From Diplonema japonicum (taxonomy: Eukaryota > Protista > Euglenozoa: Diplonemea), in the NCBI GenBank assembly GCA_964019335.1, contig OZ025657.1, positions 767,852 to 831,851 of the forward strand: DNA of 64,000 bases, read 5' to 3'. The position numbers were made by a program, and so were the translations under genes. Positions 48,747 to 57,698 of this stretch are shown piece by piece. The notes beneath the pieces were generated by a model. The model had not been told where the DNA came from and did no database searches. It worked only from the letters and a program-made list of their open reading frames with translations. Each line of letters starts with the position of its first letter. The stretch's first letter is position 1.

Positions 48747-50364
48747 ATGACAAGTAGCACGCCACCTAGGCGACAGGTAGCCGTTGCCACTGTTGCTGTG
48801 TTACTTATGTACGGGGGTGCGGCCACTCGGCACATGCTCCTAAGAGACTCTCTTCTCGCTGCGATACTATGGGAGATGGTGTTATGTTGCATTTGCAGCT
48901 TAATTTCACTTACTGCCCTGAAGAGTGTGACTGAACAGAATGTGAAATTGAAACAGGTCGCCAAGCTACCTGAGAAATCCGATATCGTGAAGTCACCAAA
49001 GACGAGGAAGTTCTCGGTTAATGATGCTTCCTACAAGCGTGTTAGCAAACGACACAGGTCCCCTGTAAGCTCGCAGAGGACGTCTGCCTTGCACACGGCG
49101 AGGGGTTACGTCCCGCAACAGTGGTCCGTTGGGAAGGCTCTTGGGGCAACAACTATGAGAGGCGGCGGGGTCCATCGGTGTTTGGACCACGCGACGGGTA
49201 AGATCTTTGCTGTCAAACTGCAAGAAGAGAGTGTGCCGACCACTGAGGTGTCGATGTTCGCATCCAAACTGCAGTCAGAGATCGAGATATTGCAGACTAT
49301 TGGGATCCACGAGAATGTTGTCAGGATGTTCGGCCACAGAATCGAGTACTTCGAGGAAGGGAAGTCCACCATAGTACGTACCTGTATGATGCAGGAGCTG
49401 GGCGACCAGGGTAGTTTGAGGTCTATTATCAATAACTTTGGAAAACTCCCCCCGCCACTCGTGAGGTTTTTTACAATTCAACTGCTGAAGGGCCTCACCT
49501 ACATCCATGCCAGAGACATCGTGCACCGCGATATTAAAGCGGATAACATAATAATCCACACGCGAGGCAAGCTTCAGTTTTGTGATTTTGGCGAAGCAAC
49601 TAGGCTACCTATAACCGACATCCCGACGAACTTCATAGGGTCAGCTCTCTGGATGGCACCAGAAGTCCTTGTTGGTGGTCGGCACACGAAATGTGCGGAT
49701 ATGTGGTCGCTTGGGTGCACAGTTTTTGAGATGCTGACAGGCAGCCCTCCGGAATGTCGTTCCTTTTGTGCAAAAGGGAACGATCTTGCCATGCTGTTTA
49801 AGTTGACGCAGAAGGTGAGACAACCTCCCGAGATACCAGAGGTGTGCACACGACACTTGTCACTCGACAAAACAACAGAGCACGCCGCAAGAACTGAAAT
49901 CTTTGTTCAAAAAGGTATTTGCGCCAATGTCGGAGCGCCCGTCTGCATCCGAACTGTTAGGACATGCTTGGTTTGAAGGTGAAGAAAACCAAGGGAATGT
50001 ATGTCACAAAACACACAGCATGTCACTTTACCAGCTTTTCAGCGCAGCTCCGTCTCCGATGGAGGCCAGTATAAAATCATTAGATTCATCCTCACGCAGC
50101 TCATCAGGAACTGTCCTGATTCTGAAGCAAAACCGTACTAAGAAAGTGCCTCGTCGACCAAAGCAGATATCTGACCGACTGGTTCTCAACGGGTCGATCG
50201 TGGCAAGGACTACATCGAACAGCTCCTTAACAAACAGCCAGTACTCCGAAGTCATTGAATGCTCCATGTCCACCCTCGCAGTTGCTTTAAGATGGCTCGG
50301 CAAATTGAGGGGCGACAGATTATCCCCGTTAGAACACTACTTAAGTGGTGCAATACAGGAGTAA
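48747..50364 (+). CDS. Membrane-anchored STE/MAP3K-like Ser/Thr kinase, paralog 1, 2 introns
   Basis: Two N-terminal hydrophobic segments; FAVK, HRDIKADN, DFG, WMAPE, DMWSLG. Intron 49842-49878 (GTGTGC..CAG) restores subdomain XI ERPSASELLGHAWF. A second in-frame intron is likely at 49999-50034. Confidence 0.85.
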
Positions 50365-50480
50365 GTCTCTTACCAGAAACTAACAGTTCTTGTCTCCAAT
50401 TCTCCTTTGCTTTGATGACCACTTTTTCTTCTTGATGACCGCAACCAAAACAGGACTGAGAGGAGTACAATGCCACAACG

Positions 50481-52103
50481 ATGAGTTTAACCAGATTGCA
50501 TACATGGGTCTTTCAAGACAAGGCTCTCGGCTTTAGCCTGTTTGTTGCGGTGCTTGGTGGTGTTGGAGGTAGTGTGGGAAGGTACATTGCAGAGGGTGGG
50601 TATGCGGGGTTAGTGTGGGAGGTGTTTTTATGCTTGTTGTGTGGTGCGTTTGCTTGGATGTGGTTGTCTGAGAATGTGCAGAGGAGACAAGATGCTGTGA
50701 TCCAGTGTGAAATCAAGGAAGACAAGAGAAATATCAGCTTCATCGGTATCGGGGGCGAGCACGCGCAACCAGTTACCGATGCACAGGAGTCCTTGCTGCA
50801 CGACCTGTCACTGGCGAGGCAGGAATCGGTCGGAGTTACTGCTTCGCAAACAACAGGCATGAAAGTAACACCTCTGCATGTCCAGTATAAGAAGCTGCAC
50901 CCTATCGGGACGTCGTCTACACCCGGAGTCACGCTGCATGCGGTGATGTCATCAGCAGGGGAAATACTTGCCATGAAAACCCTCGAGGCTAAAAATAAAA
51001 AAATGTTCGATAAACTTCAGAAAGAAATAGAAATTCTCCAAAACCTCAGCCACCCCCACGTCGTGACCCTACTCGACGTCCGCACTGACCAGTCCCATAC
51101 ATGCATGTACGAGGAGCTTGGTGATCAGGGCACCTTGCGCGATCTTATCAATAACATCGGCTCCGTACCTGTTTGGGGCTTGAAACTTTTTGGGAAGCAG
51201 ATCGCGGAAGGCGTTGCTTACCTGCACTCTCAAGACATCCTCCACCGCGATCTGAAGGCTGACAACATACTTCTGTTCGCGAGGGGCTGCATCAAAATAG
51301 CTGATTTCGGCGAGGCCTGCTCTGTCGAAGAGCTGGCCATCCCACAGCTTGTTGACGACAAACCCGCGTCGCGCAACCAGGACAAACTGCATGGCTCAGC
51401 CTTTTGGATGGCGCCGGAGGTACTGCAGGACGGGAGATATGACAAAAGCAGTGATGTATGGTCCCTTGCTGCTACATTGCATGAGATGGCAACCGGAAAG
51501 CCGCCGTACGCGGAAACACAGAAAAAGGTCGAAGGAAGTCTAGAGGTCCTTTTTGCTCTCTCGAAAAAAGCAGAAATGAAAGAAGTACCAGTTACAGAGC
51601 AGACAGAGTTTGGTGATTTGTTGAAGAAGATGTTCGTCTTCGAGCAGGATGAAAGAATCACAGCAGACGAGGTAGCGAAAGATGGCTGGTTTGTGCCCGA
51701 CGACTTGGAGGGCGACTACCTGATAGACGATGGCCTGTCGGACAAGCCCTCGCACGTCTCCATGTCGACGTCCGCGTCAATCTCATTCACGAGGAAGTCG
51801 CCCGACGATCGTAGAAGGCTTCTTATGTACCACTCGCGCAAGATCTCCGAGCCCAGCAGCCTTCGTTCCTCACTAAGAGAGCGAAATGTTGTGCAGGCCT
51901 CGCTGTTAGCAAGAGGCGCTAACGTTGCTCACTCTGTAGCGTCGACAGCAGGGGTCGAGACGTCGACGACCTTCACGGAAGATGAAGTCGTTGATGTGTC
52001 GCATACCACACTTCTAATTGCTCTCCGACTCCTGAAACGCACTCGTGGCGGCACTGGGGTCACACTGTCTACTGTGGTAGCAAGAGGAACGCTCCACCCG
52101 TAG
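50481..52103 (+). CDS. Membrane-anchored STE/MAP3K-like Ser/Thr kinase, paralog 2
   Basis: Two N-terminal TM segments; LAMK, HRDLKADN, DFG, WMAPE, DVWSL. Shares ELGDQGxLR and C-terminal motifs with the upstream paralog. Confidence 0.88.
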   Translation: MSLTRLHTWVFQDKALGFSLFVAVLGGVGGSVGRYIAEGGYAGLVWEVFLCLLCGAFAWMWLSENVQRRQDAVIQCEIKEDKRNISFIGIGGEHAQPVTDAQESLLHDLSLARQESVGVTASQTTGMKVTPLHVQYKKLHPIGTSSTPGVTLHAVMSSAGEILAMKTLEAKNKKMFDKLQKEIEILQNLSHPHVVTLLDVRTDQSHTCMYEELGDQGTLRDLINNIGSVPVWGLKLFGKQIAEGVAYLHSQDILHRDLKADNILLFARGCIKIADFGEACSVEELAIPQLVDDKPASRNQDKLHGSAFWMAPEVLQDGRYDKSSDVWSLAATLHEMATGKPPYAETQKKVEGSLEVLFALSKKAEMKEVPVTEQTEFGDLLKKMFVFEQDERITADEVAKDGWFVPDDLEGDYLIDDGLSDKPSHVSMSTSASISFTRKSPDDRRRLLMYHSRKISEPSSLRSSLRERNVVQASLLARGANVAHSVASTAGVETSTTFTEDEVVDVSHTTLLIALRLLKRTRGGTGVTLSTVVARGTLHP

Positions 52104-52599
52104 CCCTACCCTTTCTTGCGAAATGAAAAAATAAATTCAATACGCAAGGTAATCAAACAAGGTGTTCGGGTCCCTTTTCTCCCACTCCCCTTTACTTTCT
52201 TTATTCTTTGTTTTCGTTTCCCTTCACTTTCTTAGCGTGTGTGAACTCTTGAGTGACAGGTCATGCATTTCCTGCTTACCTACTAGTGCCTTCCCTTAAG
52301 CTGGAGAGCACGTTTTGCTTACCACTCCCTGCCTTCCTGTCCACAGCGCACATGGTATGGAACCGGCAGTCTAGGATGACCGTCATCGTGCGCATTGTTG
52401 TACCGACAGTGCTCCACCGTTGATGTACATGTCTGCTCAACGGACTGCGCAGGACCACAAGGCTCGAGTGCCCGGTTCCTGTAGAGTCCCAGTTTGAACA
52501 CCTAACCAATATCTATTTTGTCTACGTTATTCTGGTATTTTTTTTTTTTTTTTGATTTAGTTATCTGTTTAACCATTTCAGGAATGTTAACACGTGACA

Positions 52600-53247
52600 A
52601 TGAAGAAAATAAAAGCTTCCTGGGAAGGTAAGGGTGTTGTGCTGGAGAAGTTAAAGGGCGGGCTGGTAGACAAGGCGGCGAAGAAGGGAAACATGGTTAG
52701 CCACGCAGAAGGTGTGTATTTAGCGGGCGAGGGTGTTGTAGAAGTGCAGAAGAATGAGACGGTTCTTGGTGTTGCTGAGATGTTGGAAGAAAAGCCAGAG
52801 ATGAGCGATTACTTTGCAGTCTACAGCGCCTACAGAGACAAGGGGTGCAGGGTTGTTGTTCTTGATTCTTGTTCGTCGGTACCCGGTGCTGTCGAGCTTG
52901 AAGTCACCACCCCCATGCGAAACACATTGAAGGTTTATGCTTTCCCGTCTTCTTCTCGCGTACCTTTGCAGTTTATGGCACACCTATCTGAAGACATTCC
53001 TGGGTTTGCAGTGGAAGAGCTCCTTTGTGAAGGGAAAAAAGTAAGAGTGCAACACAGTGGAACTACAGACACGGTGCTGGCAGTTGCGTCACCAAGTGGT
53101 GATATTGTATATTTCAATGTTGCCCGTCGGGTGCCCATCGCAGAAAGCACAACGTTCTCAAAGGGGTTAAAACAGGAAAATGCTCCGCAGGAGCACAACG
53201 CTTCATGTGGTAAAGGTCCCACAAATGATGCAGGGGTTGCTCAGTGA
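52600..53247 (+). CDS. tRNA-splicing endonuclease non-catalytic subunit-like (Sen54-like)
   Basis: AEGVYLAGEGVVEV, YFAVYSAYRDKGCRV and VLAVASPSGDIVYF resemble Sen54/EndA-family blocks. No catalytic GxKYG motif seen. Confidence 0.45.
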   Translation: MKKIKASWEGKGVVLEKLKGGLVDKAAKKGNMVSHAEGVYLAGEGVVEVQKNETVLGVAEMLEEKPEMSDYFAVYSAYRDKGCRVVVLDSCSSVPGAVELEVTTPMRNTLKVYAFPSSSRVPLQFMAHLSEDIPGFAVEELLCEGKKVRVQHSGTTDTVLAVASPSGDIVYFNVARRVPIAESTTFSKGLKQENAPQEHNASCGKGPTNDAGVAQ

Positions 53248-54382
53248 AAATGTTGCTGGTGGCTTGTCAGAAGCGATTAAAAGGCCTGTTGAATCAAGAC
53301 GAGATCAGAAATTTAAGACATGGGATTTCGAGGAGAGTATGTTCGTGAAAAAAAACGATAAATCGGCTTCCGCGCAACTGAAACAAAGAATGTTGTTTGA
53401 TCGGAATGTAGATCCTGTGCTGGAAGCGGACAAGCTGCATGAAGAGGGGTATGCAGTAGGACAGAGGACGCTTACTGTGGTGCTAGCCACGCTTAAGAAG
53501 CAAGGGAGAACCATCGAGGCGGTTGAGCTAGCGAGGAGACTGAGCGAGTTGCCCGACTTCGACCCTAAGCTGTCTACGAACGAAATCATCGCCATGGTGT
53601 ACGCACAGGCAGGCAACATGGGACCGCTCCTTCAGCATCTTGATCGCGTGAAGCCTCCTCTCAATGTTGTTAACGAAATGGCACTCCATCTCGCGGACGC
53701 GGGACGACCGTGCCGCCCGTTGATAGAAAAAATGTCTTCTTTCTCGCTGCGCCCTGACGAGATCATGTACAGGACTGTGATATCAAGGCATCCCGATGCT
53801 GACGAGCGTGAAGTGCTTCGTGCGCACATGAAGCATACAAAAATAGAAATCACATCAACGAAAATGCATAGCATGCTGTTGGCTGCGGGAAGCAAGCGTG
53901 GCGACCCTGTTGCGGCACGTGAAGGGTTCACTTTGCTGACGCGAATGATCTATCCAGAGAAGCCCACAGAAAAACATTGGACAATGTTGCTTCAGGCTTA
54001 CGCCAAGGCAGGTGATTTGGCAGACTTCAAGAAGGCTATGACGGAATTTAAAGAAAGTGGACGACCCATCTCAAAAGTTACAGAGAGGTATATGTTGCAA
54101 GTGGCCCTCAATTGCTACAAGAACTACATCGCGACATGCAGTGCCCACGAGTACCAGTCGCTGGTGAAAGACGCTGAAACCATCTTTGCGACGGCAGCAA
54201 AAATTGAGGGGTTTGTAGAACATGCAAAATATTTCGTTTCGCAACTGATGGAGATCTACGCTACAGCAAGGCAAAAGAACAAGATTGACGTGCTGGTCCG
54301 GGTGTGTGCAAAGGAGTATGGTCTGACGAGCGACCGAGAACTTAACATAAAAAAAGTACGTCAATTGCTTGGCAAGTACTAG
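53180..54382 (+). CDS. Mitochondrion-targeted PPR-like protein
   Basis: MLRRS presequence-like start; PPR-like units LRPDEIMYRTVISR and KPTEKHWTMLLQAYAKAGDLADFKKAMTEFKESGRPIS; AACAG acceptor at 53175. Confidence 0.7.
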   Translation: MLRRSTTLHVVKVPQMMQGLLSENVAGGLSEAIKRPVESRRDQKFKTWDFEESMFVKKNDKSASAQLKQRMLFDRNVDPVLEADKLHEEGYAVGQRTLTVVLATLKKQGRTIEAVELARRLSELPDFDPKLSTNEIIAMVYAQAGNMGPLLQHLDRVKPPLNVVNEMALHLADAGRPCRPLIEKMSSFSLRPDEIMYRTVISRHPDADEREVLRAHMKHTKIEITSTKMHSMLLAAGSKRGDPVAAREGFTLLTRMIYPEKPTEKHWTMLLQAYAKAGDLADFKKAMTEFKESGRPISKVTERYMLQVALNCYKNYIATCSAHEYQSLVKDAETIFATAAKIEGFVEHAKYFVSQLMEIYATARQKNKIDVLVRVCAKEYGLTSDRELNIKKVRQLLGKY

Positions 54383-54423
54383 TGTGTCGCTATTACAGAG
54401 TTAAAATTCATACAGGTCTACAC

Positions 54424-54804
54424 ATGGGGGTACTGGAAGGCATGGTGAGTGGCGTGCTGGGGAGTAGAGCAGGAGGGCAGATATCACAAGTGACACATTC
54501 GGAAGTGGTAAACAGTGCAACAAAACATGTATCCCCAATGGAAAAGGTGCTTGTGCCATTGCTCGGGAGAGATAACGGAGCACGTGCGGCTGCTGCGACT
54601 TTATCTGAAACGCAAACAGATTCAGCAAGAAAGCACCTGCTTATAAAGCAACAGCAATTCGGTCAGAAAGTGCACCCGGGTATGTTTGGTGGTCATATGC
54701 ACCACAGAAGTGGTGCGTTCTGGGACTCCAGCCACCTACCTTGGAAAGCAAAATTGTGGAATAAAGCAGCCATCCGTTCCATACCAGTTAGTCGTGTCAG
54801 TTAG
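54424..54804 (+). CDS. Small hypothetical protein (3' end uncertain)
   Basis: ATG after a CATACAG acceptor at 54415. A possible 28-nt intron at 54680-54707 (GTATGT..CACCACAG) would change the C-terminus. Confidence 0.4.
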   Translation: MGVLEGMVSGVLGSRAGGQISQVTHSEVVNSATKHVSPMEKVLVPLLGRDNGARAAAATLSETQTDSARKHLLIKQQQFGQKVHPGMFGGHMHHRSGAFWDSSHLPWKAKLWNKAAIRSIPVSRVS

Positions 54805-54882
54805 TGTGTTGATTACACTGTTGTGTTTTTTTTTCTCTTTGCATATTTTGTACTGTTTGATTGCATCACAGGGGGGGTTGAA

Positions 54883-55680
54883 ATGTGCTTGGAGCTAGTG
54901 CTGCTAGTGTGCCTGGGGAATTCCGTGACGGTCAGCTTTTCAAGTGACGCGGCATGCAGCAGAATAAGCAGTGCTGTGACGCTACCCAACGCTGATGGTG
55001 TATGTAGGAGTGTCACTGTAGTCCCATCGTCCACAAGTTTCGGGGTTGCTTACTGTGACACAACTGCGGGCATCATCTATGTGCGGGCACCGTTCACTCT
55101 GTTAAACGACTGCGTCAGTGAGGCAGGTTCCCTTGGGCAGCTGACCCTCAACCCCTCCACAATCCAGTTTGTTCTTGCGACTGGTGTGGGCAGCTGTGTC
55201 TCTTACGTGTCCAACGGTGTCACATCATATGTGATGCTGACAAGCAGCACTTGCGCTGGTGCTGGGAGTGGTGCGACGCCTGGCACCCCGAATAACCCTC
55301 CCCCGCAAAACCCCAATGCAGTGCTCGCCACGCCCATCCCTACCGCCACCCCGGCGCCGACCACAATAGTAACTGACGATGACGAGTCTGTTCAGCCCTG
55401 GATGATCGCTGCTCTTGTGATCCTTCTAATCGCGTTGATTGCTGCCTGTATCTACCTGCTCGTGGAACGTGCCCGGCATGCTGCATACGTAGGCACGCAG
55501 GATGGCGTTGTCCCAACGGAGGAATACCACGGGACGGACATGCACCCTAGCCGTGCCCGCCCCAATGGCCCCCCTGAGCATTCCATTCATGAACTCGCGC
55601 GCAACCCCGCCGTATCCACAAATCCCATTGGGGGCGCCTTCAGTACCATACAGGCACCCTCGACATATGGACCCAGGTAG
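54883..55680 (+). CDS. Type I membrane protein: signal peptide, small Cys ectodomain, Pro/Thr stalk, one TM helix, cytoplasmic tail
   Basis: MCLELVLLVCLG signal; PTATPAPTT stalk; WMIAALVILLIALIAACIYLLV TM helix. Confidence 0.75.
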   Translation: MCLELVLLVCLGNSVTVSFSSDAACSRISSAVTLPNADGVCRSVTVVPSSTSFGVAYCDTTAGIIYVRAPFTLLNDCVSEAGSLGQLTLNPSTIQFVLATGVGSCVSYVSNGVTSYVMLTSSTCAGAGSGATPGTPNNPPPQNPNAVLATPIPTATPAPTTIVTDDDESVQPWMIAALVILLIALIAACIYLLVERARHAAYVGTQDGVVPTEEYHGTDMHPSRARPNGPPEHSIHELARNPAVSTNPIGGAFSTIQAPSTYGPR

Positions 55681-56315
55681 CTGGTTAGGGCCATTCATGT
55701 TGGTAGTTTGTAGATTATTGTTAGCTGCTAGAATGTTATTCTTGTTTGGGAAGAGTTATGTCTAATTACTATATAGGCAACTGGGCAAAATATCGTGATA
55801 CAAAAAAAAGAAAAAAAAAAAAATACTACGAAGATGGCCCTCATTCTTAGCGCGCTCGCTACAGGGGTGTGCAGGGGTGCTGACCTCAAGTCGATCGACT
55901 CTCCTGGGAGGGGGAACAGCCACCGGAATGGTCGGGAGGTAGGCGAAGCGGTGTCTCTGTTCTTCCAAGTGGAGTTGCCTCGGGGGAGGGGACGGAAGAT
56001 GGTATCCTGTAGTTGGAAGTGATCGCAAGTGACAGGGAGTGCGAGGGACTGCTTCTTCGTTCTGCCTGTTTAAGCTGCACGGTGGAGGGGACGATGAACT
56101 TCATCGGGGCGATGGGAGAACGGTGGCGGAAGTGCCGTACGCGGGAGCATCGTGCTCTGCCACAAACAACAAAAAGGCGGATATATGGGTGGCGCAGTCC
56201 TTCGAGGCGGCAGGGTCGGGGACAAACAGAATGTCGTGCAGCTACATGCTAAAATCCCCACCCCTCCCCCCACTCCCCTTTAGAAAAAAATAAAATTAAA
56301 AACTTACAAGTAGAG

Positions 56316-56353
56316 ACCAACGATTCTAAAGCTACAGTTTCTGTACTTTATTG
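56316..56353 (+). other. Spliced-leader exon copy 1 (nt 2-39 of a diplonemid-type SL)
   Basis: ACCAACGATTCTAAAGCTACAGTTTCTGTACTTTATTG, with the euglenozoan SL 3' half CAGTTTCTGTACT(T/A)TATTG. Followed by GTCGTT rather than an SL-RNA GTATG donor. Confidence 0.9.
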
Positions 56354-56870
56354 GTCGTTCGTGTTCTGCTGGTGCCTGCCTGCCGCCTCTGCCTGGGTTT
56401 GCCGCTGCGTCCGTCGTCGCCGTCGTCCGGGGTTGTTTTGCCTGTCGGCCTGCCCGCCGCTTACCGAAAGGATCCCCTCCCCCCAACACACACTTTAAAA
56501 AAAAAATAAAAAAAATAAAAAATGGATCCAAGACGGAACGCAAGAGGAGGTGACTGCGCAAACCGCAGGGAGAAGGAACCCCGACAGGCCGCCAGGCTGC
56601 ACACGACGCCAGGGCCGACCCAACCAGACTATCTGGTTGGGCAGTATGAATCCCCACCCCCCTTTAGAAAAAAAAAATAATAAAATAAAAAAACCACAAG
56701 CAGAGACCGCGGTTTTGACCGCCGCAACCAAGGGAGCAGCAGCCGCCCCTGCTACAGCCACGGCCGCCCCAGCCGCTGAACGCCGCAGCCGACCCTGCCG
56801 CCCCAAACGCCGCAGCCGCCCCTGCCGCAACCGAGACCGCTGCAGCCGCCCCTGCCGCAGCCACGACCGA
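56316..56870 (+). mobile_element. Truncated copy of the SL-headed element (5' UTR and start of ORF only)
   Basis: Near-identical to 60486-~61024; similarity starts exactly at the SL and ends near gccacgaccg. Upstream flanks differ. Confidence 0.75.
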
Positions 56871-56992
56871 CACGAGGCAGCCAGTCGGGGCCTGACACAC
56901 CTAGGGGTGGGATCCAGACGCCAGAGGGAGATCTAAGTAAAAAAGACAAAAATCTTTTTCTAAGAAAGAAAAAAAATTTATAAGTACAAAAA

Positions 56993-57270
56993 TTTCCCTT
57001 AAGGGGGCCCTTAAGGCGAGCAGGGTGGAAAAAAAAATTTTTTTTTTCCCAAGTACAAAAATTTTGGTAACATTTCGCCTAACCCCTATGATCCCCAAAA
57101 TCCCCCTCATAAAAATTTTCCCCAAAGTGGAAAACCCACGGTGGTATACAGGCGTTTTCGGTTTGAAAAGGGAAAAAGTTGAAACACCCGAAGTCGAACC
57201 GGGGTCCAAAATTCCCTTAGGGAAAATCCCTTAAGGAATTCCCTTAGGAAACCCCTTAGGGAAAAACCCC
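56993..57270. repeat. Degenerate palindromic CCCTTA(A)GG / TTAGGG-related repeats
   Basis: tttcccttaagggggcccttaagg at ~56993 and attcccttagggaaaatcccttaaggaattcccttaggaaaccccttaggg at 57211-57261. Confidence 0.6.
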
Positions 57271-57698
57271 TGTGTACTTACTTACTAAGGCAGCATAGGC
57301 TTCTCCAGGAGGCCCATTTTTGCTACCCAGTCCACGCACGACAAGCTGATGGATTTGAAGGCCGCCTACAAGCGGGACCGCATCACTCGACTTCGCAAGA
57401 CGCTCACAGCCTCGATCGGGATGAAAGCAATGCTCCAGAAGGGGAGTATTAACAGATAGACCCCCCCCCCCCCCCCCCCCCCCCTCCCATAGGGCGGCCC
57501 TCTAGCGGGGGCTTGTCCTGTACTTTGAGTTTAATAAATAGTTATTCGTCACCTTTTTCTTGAAGATGTTCGTTTCACAGTAGGTTTTTTTATTTTCTAG
57601 AGGTTCTTCTTCTTCATTTGACTCCTGCAGCCTTCGAGACAAAGCACACAGGGAAAATACATTAGAAAAAAAAGAATAAAAAACGAACCCAAAAGAAC

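Noticed and set aside
54356-54415. Intron joining the PPR gene to the next ORF
   Set aside because: The GTACGT donor with the available AGs gives an early stop and never reaches the 54424 frame.
55830-56280. RNase H remnant (ATNNKKAD resembles TNNxAE)
   Set aside because: One weak motif across broken frames; other catalytic motifs not found.
56316-56450. Functional SL RNA gene
   Set aside because: First A missing, no GTATG donor after the exon, no tandem array, and upstream flanks differ between the two copies.
57517-57527. Third SL fragment (CTGTACTTT) as a target-site duplication
   Set aside because: Only 9 nt match and flanks do not continue the SL; compatible with chance.
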